Shown: piece by piece, positions 1-7,719 of the stretch
Position numbering within the stretch: position 1 is the first letter of the stretch
How the letters are laid out: each line of letters starts with the position of its first letter
Origin: a virus
Lineage: Duplodnaviria > Caudoviricetes
DNA: 64,000 bases
Virus record (IMG/VR): IMGVR_UViG_3300025154_001556
Strand: one strand, 5' to 3'
Made by a program: the position numbers and the translations under genes
Notes under the pieces: model-generated
Database searches by the model: none
What the model was told of the DNA's origin: nothing
What the model saw: the letters and a program-made list of their open reading frames with translations, nothing else

Positions 1-985
1 AAGTAAGTTGATTCATAGCTGGGATATTATTAGTATCCATAGTGTTGGCTTCAAAAGCTGCCAACGCCAAGTCTTCATATTTAACTCCACGTAAGTTTAG
101 AAGCGCATCCAAAGCGGCTAACTGAACATCCGTAATGCCCCCTACCGGACCACCATAAGAAGGTTTAGTGCTCATTTGGGGTATATTAGAACTATCACTG
201 GTGGGTGACGGTATCTTAGGCATCACATCCATAACTTTTTTAACTTGATCAGGCACTTGTTCTTCTTTTAAATCAACCGGCGGCGTGGGAAACGTATTAG
301 GTGGAGCAGTCGGCTTTTTATTCTTACGTTCTGATAAAGATAATTGTACCACGGGTGGAGCCATTTCTTGTTTAACGGGTGGAGCTGTCTCTGGCCCAGA
401 AGAAAAAACTGTCGTGGGTGGCATAGTAAAAGTGCTTTCTGTAACTGGTGCCTCTTCTTCTTCCTCTGTCCTTGATAAACTAGGTGGCGCAAAAGTTGGA
501 GGTATATCGCCACTTTCTTTATATCTTTCTAAACTAGGCGGCATAATTGTGGCGTCTCCATCATCAGCAGAATTATATTCCTCATCTGTCCAATGATCAC
601 CTTCTAAATAAAGCCCTACACCATAACGTGTGCAGGCGTTTCTAATTGCTGTGGATAACGCACTTTTATATGAGTTGCCGATATCAATAATCTTGCCCTC
701 TTTGGGGCCACTACTAAATCTGGCTACGGCCGAACTACCATAACCTTCATGACAAAAACGTTCTCTGTCATTAGGTGCTACTTCCACCGTAACACGCACA
801 ACAATAGAATCTTCAACTATCTCACTCGATAAAACCCTAGTACTCCAACGACCTTTAAATACTTTATTCATTCTATCAATGACATCAGTGCTAGGTATAT
901 ATTTAAATTGTTGGTTACCAACACCTTTACGTGTTCTAAGCTCAAAACGCTCGTACAATTGTTTTAATACATTATCATCTACCAT
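1..985 (-). CDS. Rad52/Rad22-like single-strand annealing protein with Pro-rich linker; 3' end lies outside the window
   Basis: Hand-translated from ATG at 985 (SD AAGGAG upstream): MVDDNVLKQLYERFELRTRKGVGNQQFKYIPSTDVIDRMNKVFKGRWS...SALSTAIRNACTRYGVGLYL. Rad52/22-type motifs. Open to base 1 and absent from the ORF track. Confidence 0.8.
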   Translation of the reverse strand, partial: MVDDNVLKQLYERFELRTRKGVGNQQFKYIPSTDVIDRMNKVFKGRWSTRVLSSEIVEDSIVVRVTVEVAPNDRERFCHEGYGSSAVARFSSGPKEGKIIDIGNSYKSALSTAIRNACTRYGVGLYLEGDHWTDEEYNSADDGDATIMPPSLERYKESGDIPPTFAPPSLSRTEEEEEAPVTESTFTMPPTTVFSSGPETAPPVKQEMAPPVVQLSLSERKNKKPTAPPNTFPTPPVDLKEEQVPDQVKKVMDVMPKIPSPTSDSSNIPQMSTKPSYGGPVGGITDVQLAALDALLNLRGVKYEDLALAAFEANTMDTNNIPAMNQLT

Positions 986-1034
986 TACAAAATCTCCTTT
1001 ATCGTATAACTGCTTTTATTACTCACATGCTTAT

Positions 1035-1063
1035 AGTATATAACATTAATCAGTTTTCGTCAA
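1035..1063 (-). promoter_or_regulatory. sigma70-type promoter upstream of the SSAP gene
   Basis: TTGACG-N17-TATACT on the minus strand. Confidence 0.7.
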
Positions 1064-1214
1064 CAACTTTTATAACTGACTTGCATTTTTTGTCGCACTT
1101 GCATTCTTTAATGTATGGTACTTTGCCAGCTTCTCCTACTGAGTTTTCAATACCACCGTATTCACCTGAGATATGACAAGCACATTCATCACTACATTTA
1201 CACTCATCTGACAT
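1050..1214 (-). CDS. small Cys-rich protein (54 aa)
   Basis: Likely start is MSDECK at 1214 (SD GGAGG). The longer track ORF runs through the tRNA. 7 Cys in CxC/CxCH clusters. Confidence 0.55.
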   Translation of the reverse strand: MSDECKCSDECACHISGEYGGIENSVGEAGKVPYIKECKCDKKCKSVIKVVDEN

Positions 1215-1235
1215 ATTATTACCTCCAATATTTTT

Positions 1236-1306
1236 TGTCCCGTAGAGGAATTGAACCCCTTTAAGCGAGTTTAGAGTTCGCCGCAACGCCTGTCTGCCAA
1301 CGGGAC
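1236..1306 (-). tRNA. tRNA with CUA anticodon (amber suppressor); no encoded CCA
   Basis: GTCCCGT-TG-GCAG ACAGGCG TTGC-G-GCGAA CTCTAAA CTCGC-TTAA-AGGGG TTCAATT CCTCT-ACGGGAC-A: perfect 7-bp acceptor stem, D-loop GG, TTC T-loop, one A-C mismatch in the anticodon stem. Confidence 0.88.
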
Positions 1307-1307
1307 T

Positions 1308-1904
1308 TTATGCTGTAATATTTTTGATAGCACTATAATGGTTCCAGATTTCTAAATCAAGTTCGGCGACCGTTTTATTGTATTTATATGCTAGTTTAAC
1401 AAATTCTTGTTCTAATTGCAAGTATTTTCTTTTGGTAGGTGTTGCTTTTGGTGCATCAAACCCCATAAGGCGCATAAATTTAAGTATATGGGTATCTAAC
1501 CCAGCGCAGTTTGCGTTCTTTCTACTATGTATAATAAAACACCTGGCTGTTTTCATTCCTATGCCGTGTATTTTTTCTAAGTCTTCTACGGCGCACTTTT
1601 TTAAATCCAACCCACAACAAGCCAGAGCTATAAAAGTTTTGGCTTTATTGTTATAACAACCTATGCCACAAGATCGTAATAGGTTATCTATACCGTGGAG
1701 CGGGGTACCTACATTGTTAGCAGCATAAGTAAGTATAGCATTAAATGGGGTTTCATCATTATGTGTTATTTTATTGAGCAATGTTTCTAGGCAACGTGCT
1801 GCTGTCTTACCGTTCTTTCCAGCAGCACATACCCAGAATAGTAGGCTCTCTTGTAGTTGAGCCGTAGTTTGATTATAGTTTGTTATGTTGTTTGGATCAA
1901 TCAT
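1308..1904 (-). CDS. HhH-GPD DNA glycosylase/AP lyase (Ogg/EndoIII-like)
   Basis: HhH motif IHGIGMKTAR followed by LDTHILK with the catalytic Asp. Confidence 0.75.
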   Translation of the reverse strand: MIDPNNITNYNQTTAQLQESLLFWVCAAGKNGKTAARCLETLLNKITHNDETPFNAILTYAANNVGTPLHGIDNLLRSCGIGCYNNKAKTFIALACCGLDLKKCAVEDLEKIHGIGMKTARCFIIHSRKNANCAGLDTHILKFMRLMGFDAPKATPTKRKYLQLEQEFVKLAYKYNKTVAELDLEIWNHYSAIKNITA

Positions 1905-2191
1905 AATAGTTGTAACTTTTTAAAAACTTTATCTTCGGCTACTGCTGCTATGGCAGTTAATTCATAGTTCATATCAGGCTCCCTAAAACTCTTCCAGGCC
2001 ACGCCAATCAAATCTAACTTATCACCCCAGTATTTAAGTATATCTTCATTCTTGACTTGCAGATATATTAAAGTGCCGTTGGTCCAAGAGGTTTTATAAT
2101 TAAGTAAATATTCAGCTAAGGCGTGGCCTGCTTGTATGGCCTGTTGTATTTTAGTTAAATCTTTTCTAACAAGCACATACATCTTTTTCAT
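1901..2191 (-). CDS. peptidyl-tRNA hydrolase 2 (Pth2)-like protein
   Basis: MYVLVRKDL...QAGHA...FREPD...LTAIA motifs. Confidence 0.8.
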   Translation of the reverse strand: MKKMYVLVRKDLTKIQQAIQAGHALAEYLLNYKTSWTNGTLIYLQVKNEDILKYWGDKLDLIGVAWKSFREPDMNYELTAIAAVAEDKVFKKLQLL

Positions 2192-2474
2192 ATTGCTTCA
2201 TCACCTCCTCCAATAAATTACTATACGGCGGATTGTAATTAGGTGATCCTGGTACCTCTATTTTTTCCATAGGAGTACCATGTAATAAGCAATATACAAT
2301 ATGTTTATATCTAAACTTTTCTTTAAGTTTGTTTAAATAGCACAGCTCTAATGTGTATTTATTATATATATTAGCACGTTGTGCTTCTTTGTAGCTTAAC
2401 CTGGTTGATCGTATTGAGCTTGCCAATTGTTTAAGTTCTGCTTTAAGTAGCGGCAGTTTTGTTTTCCGTGACAT
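2166..2474 (-). CDS. hypothetical phage protein; first gene after the RAPP leader
   Basis: ORF with SD AAGGAG; RYKHIVYCLLHG motif. Confidence 0.7.
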   Translation of the reverse strand: MSRKTKLPLLKAELKQLASSIRSTRLSYKEAQRANIYNKYTLELCYLNKLKEKFRYKHIVYCLLHGTPMEKIEVPGSPNYNPPYSNLLEEVMKQYEKDVCAC

Positions 2475-2483
2475 AATTATTCT

Positions 2484-2533
2484 CCTTTAATTTGATTAAT
2501 AATAAATTAATTAGTTTAATATCAAATTAAAAG
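2484..2533 (-). promoter_or_regulatory. hairpin sequestering the Shine-Dalgarno site of ORF 2166..2474
   Basis: 5' arm CTTTTAATTTGAT (2533-2521) pairs with 3' arm ATCAAATTAAAGG (2496-2484): 13 bp with one GU, including AAGG of the SD. Confidence 0.7.
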
Positions 2534-2566
2534 TCACGGTGGTGCTCTGGCCTACGTCCAAATCAT
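2534..2566 (-). CDS. leader peptide MIWT-[TAG]-ARAPP (amber-interrupted arrest-type uORF)
   Basis: GGAGG SD (2577-2573), then ATG ATT TGG ACG TAG GCC AGA GCA CCA CCG TGA. Confidence 0.7.
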
Positions 2567-2581
2567 AGTTGTCCTCCTATA

Positions 2582-4003
2582 TTATAGGTCTATTGGAAAT
2601 TTTTTTAATGTTGTTGCTGTATACCCGCGCCAATCACCGGCGTATACTTGCCCATTATACTTCATGTATTCATACATATCAGTGCTATTTAATTTATTAA
2701 GTAATAATTCAGCGTCCACAGTAAACTCACTAAGAACTAAACCTGATCTAACAAGGCTATTATCTAATTCAGAGGTTAGAATAAAGTTAGGTTTATCGTT
2801 TAGAGCAGATGTAACTATACACCGCCCTCCAAAATTGCGCAAGCCTTGTTTTCTGCCAAATTCAAACCATTTATATCCCTTACTTTTACCCTTGTCCCTT
2901 TTTAAAAGTTCCTCCTTATGGTATAAAAGATATTTATATGTTTCAGGAAATCTTGTAGCAAATTTATTCTCATCCAAACAAGTTAAATCAGGTAGGTAAG
3001 GAAATATAATTTGATACTCTGTGTTTATTATGTCTGCTTCTGTTTTTACTACTGATAATTTTACAAGTTTTTTTACTGCTGTTTTTTCAATTTTAAAATT
3101 ATCTACATAAATATAAGTATTATCTACTTTATCTGGTTTTAAAACAAATATGTTGTCTCGTAAAGTGGCAATACCGCCTGTAATTTTACATACATCCCCT
3201 AATACTGCGTTTTTAGTGTTTTGTATTACTATACCATTGTCTACAAACATGTTTCTGTCTATGGCATAGTCATTACCATATAAATTATAGGTAAATGTCT
3301 TATCTATGCTAAACAAATCTTTATTTTTTACCATATAAAGTATGGCAGTATACGCGCCGCATGAAAACTGTTTAGTAGAACCATGGTCTTTTACATAAAA
3401 CACATAATTAGTTATATTATTTCTTAAATTACGGCCGGCCTTAGATCTAAGATATGATGATGGTGTTATTAATGCAACCACACCACCTGGTTTTACTAAC
3501 TCTAAAGCCCTTTGTATAAAAGCATAGTATATATCAGTTGCGCCATTAGCACAGACGGTATAATTATTTTTTAGTAAAGGCCTATATGAGTCATCTAAAT
3601 TTTGTAGTCTTATATAGGGCGGATTACCAATTACAATGTCATATGTATTTTTTAATAGTTTTTTTGTAAATAGGGCATCGCTTTCAAGTATTGTTGGGTG
3701 TATAGATAGATTTGAAAAAATATTTCTAGCCTCGATAACAAAAGTAGTGTCCTTCTCAACAAGTGTTACCAAATTAGCTGCTTCATCAAGAGGCATCCCG
3801 TATTTTGCTGACAACATACCAATAAAATAATAAGCAAACACACCAGTGCCTGCCGCCAAGTCTAAAATACTTGGGCACTTTTTTGTGTCTAATAAGTTCA
3901 AAGCGGTGGAGCACATTTCTTCTACAATATTTTCTGGCGTGAAATGTGCCCCGGATAACTTTCTAAACTCATCAGTTCTTAATATATCTTTGTAAAAATC
4001 CAT
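2582..4003 (-). CDS. N6-adenine DNA methyltransferase, gamma class (Eco57I/TaqI-like)
   Basis: Motif I ILDLAAGTGVF and motif IV GNPPY, followed by a C-terminal target-recognition region. Confidence 0.9.
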   Translation of the reverse strand: MDFYKDILRTDEFRKLSGAHFTPENIVEEMCSTALNLLDTKKCPSILDLAAGTGVFAYYFIGMLSAKYGMPLDEAANLVTLVEKDTTFVIEARNIFSNLSIHPTILESDALFTKKLLKNTYDIVIGNPPYIRLQNLDDSYRPLLKNNYTVCANGATDIYYAFIQRALELVKPGGVVALITPSSYLRSKAGRNLRNNITNYVFYVKDHGSTKQFSCGAYTAILYMVKNKDLFSIDKTFTYNLYGNDYAIDRNMFVDNGIVIQNTKNAVLGDVCKITGGIATLRDNIFVLKPDKVDNTYIYVDNFKIEKTAVKKLVKLSVVKTEADIINTEYQIIFPYLPDLTCLDENKFATRFPETYKYLLYHKEELLKRDKGKSKGYKWFEFGRKQGLRNFGGRCIVTSALNDKPNFILTSELDNSLVRSGLVLSEFTVDAELLLNKLNSTDMYEYMKYNGQVYAGDWRGYTATTLKKFPIDL

Positions 4004-4008
4004 ACCAG

Positions 4009-4683
4009 TTAAAGTGATTCAATATATGTAGTTAATGACACTGATCTGGGCACGTAAACACTTGTTGTATCGATATAAACAGAAGAGTCAAGTTGTCTAT
4101 AAGGAACAAGTACTACATTTACACCTTTACTTAACAGCGACAAATATCTAGCTCTAGAGTGCACGTGTTCTGGATCATTGAGATCCAGAAAAGCCATAAA
4201 AGTAAAGTAGTTTCCGACCACACCTGTTCTGTATTCCATAAGTTTATTATATTGTACATGCCTACCTAATATATCTCTAGCCATATTTGCACTATTTTTA
4301 GCGAGGCTTTGTGTTGCTGCTCTAATTTCTAAACCATGGATAGGAGCTATGTCTAAAAGATCATTATAGTAATCTTCTTTATTCATATAAGTGGCATCAA
4401 CAGTGATTGTATCTTGACTTACAAATCCACCGTAGTTAAACACGTGCTTAAAGGTTAAGTCTGCCTTAGAGGAGGTGCCCTCAGTATGCACACGGCGCTT
4501 ACCCTTAGCTAAGTACATATATCTACAAGCTTGATAAACTTTATATAATTTTGTATCACTTCGTTGCGCATTTTGCCCTGAATAATTTTCAAAAAATTCA
4601 AACATACCTTCTAACCCGCGCTCAAAATTGGCCACAAGGTCCTGTGTAGAAACTTCTTTTGCTATCGCTAATTCTCCAGTCAT
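4009..4683 (-). CDS. hypothetical protein; possible PD-(D/E)XK restriction endonuclease partner of the MTase
   Basis: Directly upstream of the MTase. KADL...LEIRAATQSLAKNSANMARDILG resembles REase D...ExK..S..N..N...E..G patterns. Confidence 0.35.
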   Translation of the reverse strand: MTGELAIAKEVSTQDLVANFERGLEGMFEFFENYSGQNAQRSDTKLYKVYQACRYMYLAKGKRRVHTEGTSSKADLTFKHVFNYGGFVSQDTITVDATYMNKEDYYNDLLDIAPIHGLEIRAATQSLAKNSANMARDILGRHVQYNKLMEYRTGVVGNYFTFMAFLDLNDPEHVHSRARYLSLLSKGVNVVLVPYRQLDSSVYIDTTSVYVPRSVSLTTYIESL

Positions 4684-4734
4684 GTTAAAAAACCTCCTGT
4701 CTAAAATTAATAATTCATTGCCTTAATTATGGGT

Positions 4735-4763
4735 AGTACAGCACATGTACAATACAATGTCAA
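4735..4763 (-). promoter_or_regulatory. sigma70-type promoter for the REase-like/MTase/leader run
   Basis: TTGACA-N17-TGTACT. Confidence 0.55.
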
Positions 4764-4772
4764 CAACTTTTA

Positions 4773-6563
4773 TTACACCCTTGTATTAATACTCCAACCT
4801 TTGTAGTGTTCTGCAGTCATCGTAGCACCCAGATCTGGATTTCTTATGTAATTACGCCATGTGGCATCTACCACACCATCTTTTGTGACATACCAGAAAT
4901 CTTCTACATAGTTGTAATTATCTTTAAGTGGTACTCTTTCATCTATTGCTAAGTCAGTGGCGTAGTATGAACCCTCTATCGGCACCCATTCACCATCGTC
5001 CCGTTTGAATGCTCCCCAACCATGTCCCGCTATGGAGCTACTTGACATAGCCCCTGTGCCGGCTTTAACTAAACCACCATACATTCTTAAACGTGAGGGG
5101 TCTACACCGGAATGTAATGCCAAACTTGTTATAAGGAAAGCCATATCCTCACAATTATGGCATATATGACCAAACTTACTTACGAACGTATGAGTATCAG
5201 CCACCATAAAGTCACGAGTATTGGTGCTGCCCATAGGTTTAACACTGTGTATGGACACTTCGCTTATACCGTCGTACCCGTAGTCCTTTGCAAAATAGCT
5301 ATTAGAGTTATAACTAAGTCGCCATATGGGTTTGTTGCCCACCCCTTTATGGTCTTTTTGTAACCACATATGAATAGGTATGCCCAACTGCATGTGCAGT
5401 CTCTGTAGGTCGTAAGCTAACTTGTACGAGCTAGTTGAATAGGTCTTTTCTTTGTTAGAGTTTTCAGCATATTTTGAGTAATGACCATCCCCAAGAAAGT
5501 GTCCATTTATTATAGCATATAGTTTATTCGCTGGCAAGTAAAATAGTTCTTCCGGTATATTAATATCAAAACTATTGACTTTACAAAGCCTTAAATACTG
5601 CTTCAACTTTGAGCTCAAAAAATTAAGGTAGGGCACACCACTGTTATTAGTAGTAATACTATATGGTATGTTATATTTATCCAAAATAGGTACTATACTT
5701 GTGGGTACATCATAACCACTTGTTCTAACGTGACTACGGTCTGTATCACCTTCAGCTAAAAAATGCCCTATAACAAAACATAAATCTTCGGTAAGCCAGT
5801 CAATGTCTTTAATTACATATGGTAGTTTTTTAACACAAGGTATTTTACGTTTCCACCACCTGCTAAGGTCTATATCACATAGCTTAGTTTTCTCATAGTC
5901 AGAATACTTTTGTACACGCCTAGTCCAGAAAGGGTGGTCCTCTGTCACGTCTATCCAGGTACCATTAGTAAATTTCACCCTAAAAATAGGTAGATTTCCC
6001 TTCTCCCATATTTTAAGCACAGGTTTATAACAATAACTTTTTTTGTTAAAGTCATAAGATAGAACTATGTCCCCTACTTGTAAAGCGCCTACTTCTTTGA
6101 GGCCATCCTTTGTCCAAATTTCCTCATAGTTAGCAGTACAATCCCCGTCCTTATGTAAAAGCGTCTCTGTTGGGTAAGCCCAGTACTCATCGGGGCCGTA
6201 GTTCATGTCATCAGTTTGATAAGTAATATTGCTATTTACCCATTGTTCAACAGCATACATTTTTTCAGTATCTGTTGTAGTGCCTTTGGTTATTTCTGCA
6301 GCGAGTTTAAATAATCTGGTATTGGGATATTCAAAGTATTTATTGTAGTCCAAATCTTGGCCGGCGGCTTTACCACTAACCGCACCATTAAAACGCAAAA
6401 GTGCCACATCAAGAGCTGATTTTGTGTTCATCAGGTCTTGTATAAAGGCACTTGCTGAGTTGGGTTCTGTTTTAAAACTATCCCAAATGGTGGCGGATTT
6501 CCAATTATTGATTTGAGGTAGTAACTCAGATATAAAATTAGATACGCTACTGATTGAAGACAT
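4773..6563 (-). CDS. transglutaminase-like cysteine protease domain protein containing an intein
   Basis: The spliced product reads YWAYPTETLLHKDGD/CEDMAFL...GHGW (transglutaminase GDCED motif plus catalytic His). Confidence 0.85.
   Translation of the reverse strand: MSSISSVSNFISELLPQINNWKSATIWDSFKTEPNSASAFIQDLMNTKSALDVALLRFNGAVSGKAAGQDLDYNKYFEYPNTRLFKLAAEITKGTTTDTEKMYAVEQWVNSNITYQTDDMNYGPDEYWAYPTETLLHKDGDCTANYEEIWTKDGLKEVGALQVGDIVLSYDFNKKSYCYKPVLKIWEKGNLPIFRVKFTNGTWIDVTEDHPFWTRRVQKYSDYEKTKLCDIDLSRWWKRKIPCVKKLPYVIKDIDWLTEDLCFVIGHFLAEGDTDRSHVRTSGYDVPTSIVPILDKYNIPYSITTNNSGVPYLNFLSSKLKQYLRLCKVNSFDINIPEELFYLPANKLYAIINGHFLGDGHYSKYAENSNKEKTYSTSSYKLAYDLQRLHMQLGIPIHMWLQKDHKGVGNKPIWRLSYNSNSYFAKDYGYDGISEVSIHSVKPMGSTNTRDFMVADTHTFVSKFGHICHNCEDMAFLITSLALHSGVDPSRLRMYGGLVKAGTGAMSSSSIAGHGWGAFKRDDGEWVPIEGSYYATDLAIDERVPLKDNYNYVEDFWYVTKDGVVDATWRNYIRNPDLGATMTAEHYKGWSINTRV
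5154..6140 (-). mobile_element. intein (329 aa) with LAGLIDADG homing endonuclease
   Basis: Block A CTANYEEIWTKDG, block B VTEDHPFW, LAGLIDADG helices VIGHFLAEGD and IINGHFLGDGH, block F/G DFMVADTHTFVSKFGHICHN followed by Cys+1. Confidence 0.92.
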
Positions 6564-6564
6564 A

Positions 6565-6732
6565 TTAAATCCTTATATCTAAGATAGTTCCTTTGTTTGT
6601 AGCAGTTGGACAGGCTTCTTTGGGGCCTTTCGAAAAAACTTTCGTAAGCTTCTTTTTATTTTTCTTTTCAATCTCTTTAAGTTCATCTACCGTCATTAAG
6701 GATGTTTTTTGCATTATTGGGGTTGTAAGCAT
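6565..6732 (-). CDS. small basic hypothetical protein (55 aa), absent from the ORF track
   Basis: Hand-translated MLTTPIMQKTSLMTVDELKEIEKKNKKKLTKVFSKGPKEACPTATNKGTILDIRI, with GGAGG upstream. Confidence 0.55.
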   Translation of the reverse strand: MLTTPIMQKTSLMTVDELKEIEKKNKKKLTKVFSKGPKEACPTATNKGTILDIRI

Positions 6733-6876
6733 TGTGCATCCTCCCTTTTGTAAGACAGGTGCGCATAGCTATTTGAAAGGCGGACCAGTCTTTTAACATA
6801 AAAATAGTGTGCTTACAATACGAAATTTCTTTATCTATAATCATTTATCTACCTTGTAGTTAAGTAAAGTCTATAC

Positions 6877-7536
6877 CTATTTAATTTTTCGTCCTCTAAC
6901 CCAACCCAAATTTTCCAACGTATTAAGTTCTTCTTTGTTTATGGACCTACTTTCATGAGTGTAAGGGCAGTAAATCCACACGGTACCATAGCGAGAATTA
7001 AGTTGTCCTGCTTGCTTTATTGAGTTTTTTCTACCAATTATATTCTTAGTTTCTTGTGTATGCTTTTTACCGTAAAAAGCGTTTTTAGTCCCTTTATGCT
7101 TACCGGTATGGGATTTACTAATTTTATCTTTATACTTTTCCCATCTGCCAGAAGCTATTAAAAGTGTCTTTAATTTATTACCACACACTAAATTTTCTTG
7201 CCCATAACCTTTTTGGCCATTTTTCCCATATAAATTTAATTTGAATTCATTTATGGTAGCTATATTTTTATAGCCGCCCTCAATTAAATTATATGTAAAT
7301 GGGTGTTTAACAAAGTCTTTGTTTACTAAGATTTCTTCAAGCTCCGACATGTCCTCGTGATTATCAAATACGGCCAGGATGTCTTTTTTAAAATTTTGTA
7401 TACCGTATTTTCGTTGAGCGGCTATAAGATGCCGCCCTGAACCCATATATGTGTCATCAACATGCGCAGTTCTATGGCAACCTATATAAATTTTATTATT
7501 AATGATGTTTGTTATTTTATATACAACATAAAACAT
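6877..7536 (-). CDS. free-standing GIY-YIG homing endonuclease with NUMOD3-like repeats
   Basis: VYKITNIINNKIYIGCH...YMGSG and HTQETKNII. Real start is probably MFYVVY at 7536, since the track start overlaps a tRNA. Confidence 0.88.
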   Translation of the reverse strand: MFYVVYKITNIINNKIYIGCHRTAHVDDTYMGSGRHLIAAQRKYGIQNFKKDILAVFDNHEDMSELEEILVNKDFVKHPFTYNLIEGGYKNIATINEFKLNLYGKNGQKGYGQENLVCGNKLKTLLIASGRWEKYKDKISKSHTGKHKGTKNAFYGKKHTQETKNIIGRKNSIKQAGQLNSRYGTVWIYCPYTHESRSINKEELNTLENLGWVRGRKIK

Positions 7537-7595
7537 ATAATAATTCCTGACACTTAAATAAAAAATTATTGTATTTGTATAAACATAATAATAAG

Positions 7596-7681
7596 TGGAG
7601 CCTAGAGAGGGATTCGAACCCCCGATGTGTTTTACCACGACAGCTTACAAAACTGCTGCTATACCCCTTAGCGATCTAGGC
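7596..7681 (-). tRNA. tRNA-Thr(UGU) with an atypical long variable arm; CCA encoded
   Basis: GCCTAGA/TCTAGGC acceptor, U73, CCA; anticodon arm GCAGT TTTGTAA GCTGT; 16-nt extra arm CGTGGTAAAACACATC; T-arm GGGGG TTCGAAT CCCTC. Confidence 0.8.
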
Positions 7682-7682
7682 C

Positions 7683-7703
7683 TATATATATATATATATA
7701 TAT
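7683..7703. repeat. (TA)n dinucleotide tract, about 10 units
   Basis: tatatatatatatatatatat between two tRNAs. Confidence 0.9.
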
Positions 7704-7719
7704 TAAAGTTAGTTAAAAT

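Noticed and set aside
1236-1306. tRNA-Pyl
   Set aside because: It has canonical D-loop GG, a TTC T-loop, a 2-nt acceptor-D linker and a 5-bp anticodon stem, unlike tRNA-Pyl; no pyl genes are in the window.
7596-7681. Calling the long-arm tRNA a tRNA-Tyr
   Set aside because: The GTA register leaves the anticodon stem unpaired, and a canonical tRNA-Tyr exists at 9497..9578.
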